The position numbers and the translations under genes are program-made. 13,823 nucleotides of DNA from Gemmatimonadota bacterium (lineage in GTDB: Bacteria > Gemmatimonadota > Gemmatimonadetes > Gemmatimonadales > GWC2-71-9), in assembly GCA_036679605.1 (NCBI GenBank), contig JAZDCZ010000222.1, forward strand, positions 1-13,823, written 5' to 3'. Positions 7,784-13,823 of this stretch are shown here, in pieces; positions within the stretch are counted from its first letter, which is position 1, and each line of letters opens with the position of its first letter. The notes beneath the pieces were generated by a model, which searched no databases, had not been told where the DNA came from, and was given only the letters and a program-made list of their open reading frames with translations.

Positions 7784-9750
7784 CCGCGGCCGAGTGCCCT
7801 CGGCCCTTGTGTCGACCGCCGCGGCCATCGTGGTTGGTTTCGCTCGTTTGGACGGCAGCTTTTGTGCTGCCGCATTCTCTGAGTCCTGCCTACGCAGCCG
7901 GTTTGTTTGAACAAGACGGCTTCGCGGTACGTATGGAGATTGAGGCGTTGCAATCTCGCGACGGCGGCGAAAGCCCTTATGAAGGAGAGGACGTTCGCTT
8001 GCGCTTCCGGGTGAGCGAAGCCAGAACCGGCGGCAAACCCGTCTCCGGACTACGCCCTCTTGCCTGGCTTTCGAAACGAGATGAAGGCGAAACGCTCCCC
8101 GATCAAGAGACCTGCGCATATCAAATTCGCGGCTTCCTCGCCGGCCGTCTGGCTCGGGCCGCCGATGTCAATCTCAACGAGTACTTGCTGGTAACCCTCG
8201 ACGACAACAGTTCGCTTTCGATCATCGATCCGCAGGTGGAATCTTCGAAGACCAAGACTCTGGGCATGGTCAACCTGCCGGGAAAAGGACAAGACATGGT
8301 CTTGGCAGCGGATCGCCGCCACGTGTTGGTCACCTTACCGGAACAGGCAAGGGTCGCCGTTGCCGACATCTTGATGCGCAGAGCCAGTTACGTTGCTGTG
8401 GGCGGACGACCGCAGCGGGTACGGATACAACCGGACGGTCGCTTTGCGTGGGTCGGCGATGCAGAAGGGAAATCGGTCTCTTGCATCGATATGGCTGGCT
8501 ACGAACTGCGTGAGACCTTCGAGGCGGGCGCGGGACCGCACGAGATCGAATTCCGAGACGACAGCCGCTACGTCTACATCGCCGGACCGGGTTCCGCGCA
8601 GCTTACCGTAATCGATACAAAAAGCCTCGAGGTGGTCGCGCGTGTGCCTGTCGGCGGGCAGGTCACGGGACTGGTCTATTCTGCGCATAGCGGAAAATTG
8701 TATGCCTCACTGAAGCGAGGGCGCGAGGGTGAGATTCTCGCGATTGATGGAGATAGGCATCATGTGAGTGGAAAAATCGTTGTTCCCTATCCCGTAACCG
8801 GTCTGGCCGTAAGTCCGAACGGACGCTTCGGATTCGCTCTGCATCGCGACGACGACCGAATCACCATCTTCGACACGGCGACCGACAAAATCCTATCGTC
8901 GGTGAGTACCGGACCGAGGCCCAGTCATATCCAATTCTCAGACGTGTTCGCCTATGTGCGCCAAGACGGAAGCGGGGATGTTTTGCTGATTCATCTCGCC
9001 GGTCTGGATCGGCCCGGAACCCTCCCCCAGGTGACGCCTGTAACCATGTGGCAGAGCGCTCCCGAGCAAGGCGGTCTATCGTCCGTCGCGCCGTTGATGG
9101 CTCTTGTGCCCCAGGGTGGAGGGATGTTCGCGCTCAGCACCGGGGATCGGGCCATCTACCATTTTGTCGAGGGCATGAACGCCCCCATGGGCGCGTACCA
9201 CACCTATCCCTGGCCGGCACGCGGCCTGGTCGTGGTAGACAGGACCATCACGGAACGTGGTGTCGGAAGCTACGAGACAGAGTTTCGTGCGCCGGGCGCG
9301 GCCGACTATACGGTACACTTTCTCGTACCCTCCAGCCCCAAGCTCCACGGATGTTTCACCATGACCTTCCGCTCACCGCCTGGCAAGGTCGTGCAGACGG
9401 CGATGCGCGTCGAGCCCCTGTTTGACGGGCATACATTTACCGCCGGTCGTCCCGAGCGTCTGGGGGTCCTGTTAACCGACGGTGACGGCGAACATGCACC
9501 GTTGGAACTCGATGACGTGATGATTCTAGTACTGGGAGGACCTACGACCCAGTGGAGAGGGGCGGCGCGCCCTCTAGGGGACGGCCGTTACGAGGCGATG
9601 GTCACGTTTCCCAAGGCCGGCCACTACATGGTCATGGTGGCTAGTCGTTCACGCAACGTGAAATTCGGCGGCTTGCCCCCCGCTTCGGCCTGGGTGACGG
9701 CACCGCTGTCAGCGCCAGAAGTAAGTTCGGAGGAAAATAAGGCGAGATGA
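7780..9750 (+). CDS. Exported YVTN/YncE-like (cytochrome d1-like) beta-propeller protein with C-terminal YtkA/FixH-like Ig domain
   Basis: ~40-aa blade repeats (VAVGGRPQRVRIQPDGRFAWV, AGAGPHEIEFRDDSRYVYI, LAVSPNGRFGFAL, STGPRPSHIQFS). C-terminal GRYEAMVTFPKAGHYMVMV. Signal-like N-terminus ending PAYA. ATGA overlap with the MCO stop. Confidence 0.82.
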   Translation: MTAAECPRPLCRPPRPSWLVSLVWTAAFVLPHSLSPAYAAGLFEQDGFAVRMEIEALQSRDGGESPYEGEDVRLRFRVSEARTGGKPVSGLRPLAWLSKRDEGETLPDQETCAYQIRGFLAGRLARAADVNLNEYLLVTLDDNSSLSIIDPQVESSKTKTLGMVNLPGKGQDMVLAADRRHVLVTLPEQARVAVADILMRRASYVAVGGRPQRVRIQPDGRFAWVGDAEGKSVSCIDMAGYELRETFEAGAGPHEIEFRDDSRYVYIAGPGSAQLTVIDTKSLEVVARVPVGGQVTGLVYSAHSGKLYASLKRGREGEILAIDGDRHHVSGKIVVPYPVTGLAVSPNGRFGFALHRDDDRITIFDTATDKILSSVSTGPRPSHIQFSDVFAYVRQDGSGDVLLIHLAGLDRPGTLPQVTPVTMWQSAPEQGGLSSVAPLMALVPQGGGMFALSTGDRAIYHFVEGMNAPMGAYHTYPWPARGLVVVDRTITERGVGSYETEFRAPGAADYTVHFLVPSSPKLHGCFTMTFRSPPGKVVQTAMRVEPLFDGHTFTAGRPERLGVLLTDGDGEHAPLELDDVMILVLGGPTTQWRGAARPLGDGRYEAMVTFPKAGHYMVMVASRSRNVKFGGLPPASAWVTAPLSAPEVSSEENKAR

Positions 9751-10415
9751 GAATCCCTTGGTTGCCTTTGCTGTCTGCTTTGCTGCTGGTCGCGGTGCCG
9801 GTGTGCGTGTACGCGAGCGATGGTCACCACCACGAGGACCACGGGCATGAAGGCCGCGAGCACGGCGCGCATGAGCACGGCACCCATGCTCCGGCGGGCA
9901 CACTACAGAAACGTATCAAGCCCAACATCCCGGATACTGTTCTCATCGATCAGGACGGAAACAAACATCGATTCTATAGCGACCTGATCGAGGGTAAGAC
10001 CGTGTTGATCAACGCTGTTTACACGAGTTGCGCGGGCGTCTGTCCGATCCAGACATCAGTGTTTGCACGTGTTCAAATGCTCTTGGGAGATAGAGTCGGC
10101 AAGGACGTACAGATGATCTCGGTGAGCATCGATCCGGTTACCGATACGCCCGAACGTCTCAAGAAATACACACAGAAATTCGACGTCAAACCTGGCTGGG
10201 TGTTTCTTACGGGTTCGAAGCAGGATGTTACCGGTGTTCTGCAAGCCATGGATCTTTACGCGGCCGTCCCTTCCGAGCACACGCCGATCATGGCCGTCGG
10301 TTACGAGCCCGGTGCCGTGTGGATGAAAATGATCAACATCACAGCGCCGAGAGATATCGTCGGACGGCTCGACTATGTAAAGCGCTTGGGTGAGCCCAAG
10401 GCCGAAGCCCGTTAG
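9747..10415 (+). CDS. SCO1/SenC family copper chaperone with His-rich N-terminal extension
   Basis: LIDQDG, YTSCAGVCP (CxxxC 10029-10043), SVSIDPVTDTPERLKKY, PGWVFLTG and distal His in SEHTP (10278-10280). Signal peptide present. ATGA overlap with the upstream stop. Confidence 0.93.
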   Translation: MRIPWLPLLSALLLVAVPVCVYASDGHHHEDHGHEGREHGAHEHGTHAPAGTLQKRIKPNIPDTVLIDQDGNKHRFYSDLIEGKTVLINAVYTSCAGVCPIQTSVFARVQMLLGDRVGKDVQMISVSIDPVTDTPERLKKYTQKFDVKPGWVFLTGSKQDVTGVLQAMDLYAAVPSEHTPIMAVGYEPGAVWMKMINITAPRDIVGRLDYVKRLGEPKAEAR

Positions 10416-10418
10416 CAG

Positions 10419-12029
10419 GTGTACGTCGACGGCAAAGTCCCAACGGCGGTGCTATGCATCGCCGTTGCGGGAGGAGTCTTCGCCTATTGCGGTGCTGCCG
10501 TGGCCGAGCCGGCTTTGACGCTGCCTTCGCGGCAAGCGGAATCAGGCTCTACGCGGGCACGGGGAAAAATCGTGTACGTGCAAGGCGTCAGCCCCTCAGG
10601 CACTGAGCTTTCCGCGCGGGTTTCCGGGGAAGTCGTCGTGCCGGCTGAGTTCTATCCCTGTCGTCAGTGTCACGGCGAGCAGGGCCGAGGAGGCTTGGAA
10701 GCCGGCATACGGATTCCCGACATCACATGGAGTACTTTGACAGCACCCGACGGTGCTGTGACCGCTTCGGGTTCTCTTCGACCAGGTTATACGGGATCGA
10801 CGCTCGCGCGTGCGATCCGTGAAGGGCTGGACTCCCGCGGGCAGCCCTTGGATATAATCATGCCGCGGTACACGATCGCGGACGCCGACCTTGCCGACCT
10901 ACTGGCCTATCTACAGGTTCTAGGCGCCGACGATGCGCCGGGAACAACACCCACTATGGTTCGTATCGGTACGCTTCTTCCCCTCGGCGGTGCCCGAGCC
11001 GAACAGGGCAGCGCGATTGAGGAAATCCTACGAAAATATTTTGAACAAAGCGGTGGCGAGTCAGCGATCAATGGTCGTCGCATCGACTACGTAGTGCGCG
11101 ACGCGGGAGATACGGCGGAGTCTGCGTTAGCGGCGGCCGAACAACTGATAGCCGAAGAAGGCCCTATGTTTTGTATGGTGGCCAACGCCGGCGCAGGAGC
11201 GGACCCACGGGTTCTTGCCTTTTTCACCGGACGCGGGGTCCCGGTCATCGGTCCGCTGACGTTTGCAGCCGACACCGATCCTTTGATCTTTCATGTGCTC
11301 CCCGATCTCGGCGATCAAGCGCGTGCTGCTGCACGAGTCCTGGTGCGTGAGATCGCGAACGGGATCGCGGTCGTGCGAGCTACGGACGGTGATGCCGCCT
11401 ATATGGCCGACGCCTTTATCGACGAGTGCATCCATCGGGGTTCGGCATGTGTCTCGGTGGATCTCTCCAGTGAATCTATGGACGCCCTTGTAGTGCGGCT
11501 CCACAACCAGGCGGTGGAAGGCGTTGCGTTGTTCGGCTCGCCTTCCGTAGTCGCCTCGTTCAGCGATGCCGCTAGGCGACAAGACTGGGCGCCGCACTTG
11601 GTAGTCTCTGCGGTGCTGTCGGGTGGTAGTCACCCTTCCTACGCCGGCGGTTTTTCTCTTATCGCTCCGCCGATGGCTTTGCGGAGGTCGCACCCGGAAG
11701 GCGAACGCTTCGTGCAGCTCGCCCCAGACAGGGCAGGGCCCGGATCGGCGCTGCGAATGGCGGCGTTCGCGGCCGCGGAAATTTCCGTGGACGCTTTAAA
11801 GACCTCCGGGCGAGCGTTGACGCAGCGCAAGCTGATCGCTGCGCTGAGTTCCATCGACCGTTTCGAGACAGGGGTTACGCCTCCCTTGCGCTACGGTCCC
11901 GGCCGCCGCCGTGGTCTTCGTGGAGCGGTTATCGTGACTCCGGCCGCTATCGACACGAAGGAAGCGATCGAGTGGGTGGATGTTTCCGAGTCCTTCGACG
12001 GGTCTTCCGATGATCGCCGACCGCGGTGA
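10419..12029 (+). CDS. Fusion of monohaem cytochrome c and type-I (LivJ-like) periplasmic substrate-binding domain
   Basis: CRQCH (10659-10673) with distal Met IMPRY. Then PBP type-I signatures GTTPTMVRIGTLLPLGG, AINGRRIDYVVRD, GVPVIGP, LTQRKLIAAL...FETGVTPPLRYGP. Signal-like N-terminus; begins after a 3-bp gap from the SCO stop. Confidence 0.85.
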   Translation: MYVDGKVPTAVLCIAVAGGVFAYCGAAVAEPALTLPSRQAESGSTRARGKIVYVQGVSPSGTELSARVSGEVVVPAEFYPCRQCHGEQGRGGLEAGIRIPDITWSTLTAPDGAVTASGSLRPGYTGSTLARAIREGLDSRGQPLDIIMPRYTIADADLADLLAYLQVLGADDAPGTTPTMVRIGTLLPLGGARAEQGSAIEEILRKYFEQSGGESAINGRRIDYVVRDAGDTAESALAAAEQLIAEEGPMFCMVANAGAGADPRVLAFFTGRGVPVIGPLTFAADTDPLIFHVLPDLGDQARAAARVLVREIANGIAVVRATDGDAAYMADAFIDECIHRGSACVSVDLSSESMDALVVRLHNQAVEGVALFGSPSVVASFSDAARRQDWAPHLVVSAVLSGGSHPSYAGGFSLIAPPMALRRSHPEGERFVQLAPDRAGPGSALRMAAFAAAEISVDALKTSGRALTQRKLIAALSSIDRFETGVTPPLRYGPGRRRGLRGAVIVTPAAIDTKEAIEWVDVSESFDGSSDDRRPR

Positions 12030-12035
12030 GGTCCA

Positions 12036-13250
12036 TCAAGATTGGCCCTCGTAGAGAAATTCGAAGCTTGCTTGCTGGCGCAGGGCGAAGCGGAACTGTA
12101 CGCGGCGTTCGATGCGTCGCTGCAGGGAGATGCAGTGTGCGACCCTCTCGCGCGAGGTGAGCTCGTTAATCTCCGTACGGTGCTCGGCGAAATAGGCTTC
12201 GATGTCCTTGTCGTTTGCCGGCTGTGCTTCTGCCTCGACGGTTTGTAAGAGGCCGTCGACCGACAGCGAACGTCGCCCGGCTTCCCGTTCGAGCAGTTTC
12301 TCGTCGGCCAAATTCCCGGTAAACCGTTCGATCAATACCTGCAGCCTGGTTTCGCTCAGATCTTCCGTAACTACGAGGTTTTCAGCGATATCGGGCGAAG
12401 TAATGGTCTCCCCGACCGAGCGCGAGATCGCACGATCACTTTGCTGCGCTTTCGTGCTTGGCGACTGATCGGCGGTCCGTGGCCGCAGGACGGTCAGGAT
12501 CGGTTCGGGTAGTGCCGCCGTTGCCGGGGCCGGTGGGGTTAGACTGGTCGACGCAACGACACTGTCGCCCGGTACGATGGTTATGGCGTTTGCGGTTGCT
12601 GCCGGCTCTTTGCTAGGCAGGATGGGGACCCCGCGTTGTGGTGGACTTGCAGTCGCTGGGCTTCGGCTCAAGGAAAAAGTTCGCTTGAGGAGCCAAACGA
12701 GCATCAGCAGCGTGGCGACCGTCAGTGGCCACACGAAGTCGCCCTCACGGGTCGCCGTCGGCTTGCTGGCGACAGGCGCGTTAGTCGCTTCGTTATTGTG
12801 CTCGGACTCGACTTTGCTGCCGAGTAACCCGTCGAGCTCAGCCGCTGTCATGCCGGTGATTCGTTGGAAATTGCTCAGAGCCTCCTGCAGAGGGGAGAAG
12901 TATATGCCCTCTAGATACGTTCGTGTCCGATCAGTGTCTGCCGTTCGCAAGGCTCGCTGCGCTGCGCGTATGCGCAATACGATATCGGACAAGGTCGTGT
13001 AGTCGCTGTCTTCTAGGTTCTGCTGCGGAAAACGTGCGGGAAGAGCGATGCGCAAGACCCGTTGGATCTCATCATGCAAGAGCGGTTCGTGAGCGGCCGC
13101 CCGTTCTGCGCGTATCTCTGCGCGCCTATCCGGCACTTCCTGCAAGGAGACCACGGCCAAATTTGAGGAAGGTTTCCGCCCATTGGTCAGCAAGTAGGCA
13201 ACCAGGCCCCCCAGAACGAGAGCGGTCAGAAACAGAGCGGTAGGGCGCAT
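12036..13250 (-). CDS. Membrane-anchored hypothetical protein: two hydrophobic segments, Pro/Ala/Thr-rich linker and C-terminal SurA-N-like helical domain
   Basis: 404-aa ORF fills the gap between flanking genes. Hydrophobic segments ALFLTALVLGGLVAYLL and FVWPLTVATLLMLVWLL. The C-terminus (ADEKLLEREAGRRSLSV...NDKDIEAYFAEH...LRQQASFEFL) resembles SurA/PrsA-type chaperone helical domains without a parvulin insert. Confidence 0.65.
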   Translation of the reverse strand: MRPTALFLTALVLGGLVAYLLTNGRKPSSNLAVVSLQEVPDRRAEIRAERAAAHEPLLHDEIQRVLRIALPARFPQQNLEDSDYTTLSDIVLRIRAAQRALRTADTDRTRTYLEGIYFSPLQEALSNFQRITGMTAAELDGLLGSKVESEHNNEATNAPVASKPTATREGDFVWPLTVATLLMLVWLLKRTFSLSRSPATASPPQRGVPILPSKEPAATANAITIVPGDSVVASTSLTPPAPATAALPEPILTVLRPRTADQSPSTKAQQSDRAISRSVGETITSPDIAENLVVTEDLSETRLQVLIERFTGNLADEKLLEREAGRRSLSVDGLLQTVEAEAQPANDKDIEAYFAEHRTEINELTSRERVAHCISLQRRIERRVQFRFALRQQASFEFLYEGQS

Positions 13251-13274
13251 CGAGTTTTGTCACTCGGGACGGCG

Positions 13275-13333
13275 AGCCTTCGAGCTGCCGTTCAAGCCTA
13301 GGGCGTTATCGGTGAGCCTAAGGCGTTGTGGGT
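13275..13333. repeat. Imperfect 20-bp-period direct repeat upstream of the - strand hypothetical gene
   Basis: AGCCT at 13275, 13295 and 13315. Units 2 and 3, AGCCTAGGGCGTTATCGGT / AGCCTAAGGCGTTGTGGGT, match at 16/19. Confidence 0.6.
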
Positions 13334-13410
13334 ATGTTCGTCAAGAACAAAGCCAGGCAATAACCGGCGGCGGCCTCCAAGAATGACCGTTGTCGGTGTG
13401 AGGCCGGGAA

Positions 13411-13430
13411 CGCGAACGGGCGCGAACGGG
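13411..13430. repeat. Perfect 10-bp tandem duplication (CGCGAACGGG)x2
   Basis: Directly visible at 13411-13420 and 13421-13430, just 3' of the acyl-CoA dehydrogenase stop. Confidence 0.7.
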
Positions 13431-13441
13431 GGTGCGCAGTC

Positions 13442-13822
13442 CTAACCGTTCGTATCGTAGATTCTCCACATGTCGTCGTCGTCGAAGATTTTCTCGCTGT
13501 CGTCGGCGTGCATCGCATCACGTTCGTAATCTCGATAGCGCCCCGTGGCGGCGTGGAATTCCTCGAACAGGTCATGTTGAATCATCTGGCTCATGACTTC
13601 GTTTGTGCCGGTCCAAATCTGTGCCAGGCGCGTGTCGCGTACCGCGCGTTCGATCGGATATACGTCGGTATAGCCAATGCCCCCTGTGATCTGCATGGCT
13701 AGGTTCGTGGCCGTCCACGCAGATTCGGTCACGAACTTTTTCGTTTCCGAAACAATGCGTCTCAACTCCGGAGCACGGACGTCGGCAGCGCGAGCAGCTT
13801 GGTAGATCATCGCTCGACAGGC
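13442..13822 (-). CDS. Acyl-CoA dehydrogenase, C-terminal part (gene starts beyond window edge)
   Basis: ACAD C-terminal signature SETKKFVTE...AMQITGGIGYTDVYPIERAVRDTRLAQIWTGTNEVMSQMI. The frame is open to the window end (ACRAMIYQAA). Stop TAG at 13444-13442. Confidence 0.93.
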   Translation of the reverse strand, partial: ACRAMIYQAARAADVRAPELRRIVSETKKFVTESAWTATNLAMQITGGIGYTDVYPIERAVRDTRLAQIWTGTNEVMSQMIQHDLFEEFHAATGRYRDYERDAMHADDSEKIFDDDDMWRIYDTNG

Positions 13823-13823
13823 G

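Noticed and set aside
7070..8119. 349-aa antisense ORF across the MCO/beta-propeller junction
   Set aside because: It overlaps two well-supported + strand genes and has no recognisable motifs.
7780..9750. Cytochrome cd1 nitrite reductase (nirS)
   Set aside because: No CXXCH haem c domain and no nir genes nearby; only a generic propeller similarity.
12577..13002. 141-aa + strand ORF as an alternative to the - strand hypothetical gene
   Set aside because: It is an antisense shadow of the longer 404-aa ORF, which has a coherent anchor/linker/domain organisation.
13371..13406. CGGCCTC/GAGGCCG hairpin as terminator of the acyl-CoA dehydrogenase
   Set aside because: Large interrupted loop and no adjacent U-tract on the minus strand.
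13275..13430. CRISPR array or IS end in the right intergenic repeats
   Set aside because: The repeats are short, adjacent and lack spacers, and there are no cas or transposase genes or terminal inverted repeats.

Overview
GC-rich bacterial genomic window with eight credible CDSs and no recognisable RNA gene, CRISPR array or mobile element. Its core is a tightly coupled four-gene + strand operon (2690-12029) of apparently exported redox and metal proteins. It encodes a ~1700-aa six-domain MnxG-type multicopper oxidase, a YVTN/YncE-like beta-propeller with a YtkA/FixH-like C-terminus, an SCO1/SenC copper chaperone with a His-rich N-terminus, and a cytochrome c fused to a type-I periplasmic binding domain. 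This resembles the mnxG Mn(II)-oxidation cluster described in Pseudomonas putida, so the module type is probably not new, although this variant has unusual parts. Upstream lie a 5'-truncated FAD-dependent oxidoreductase (amine oxidase/HemY fold) and a dihaem cytochrome c with its own promoter-like element and intrinsic terminator. Downstream on the - strand lie a membrane-anchored protein ending in a SurA-N-like helical domain and the 3' end of an acyl-CoA dehydrogenase. All family calls come from motif recognition by eye, not from database searches.
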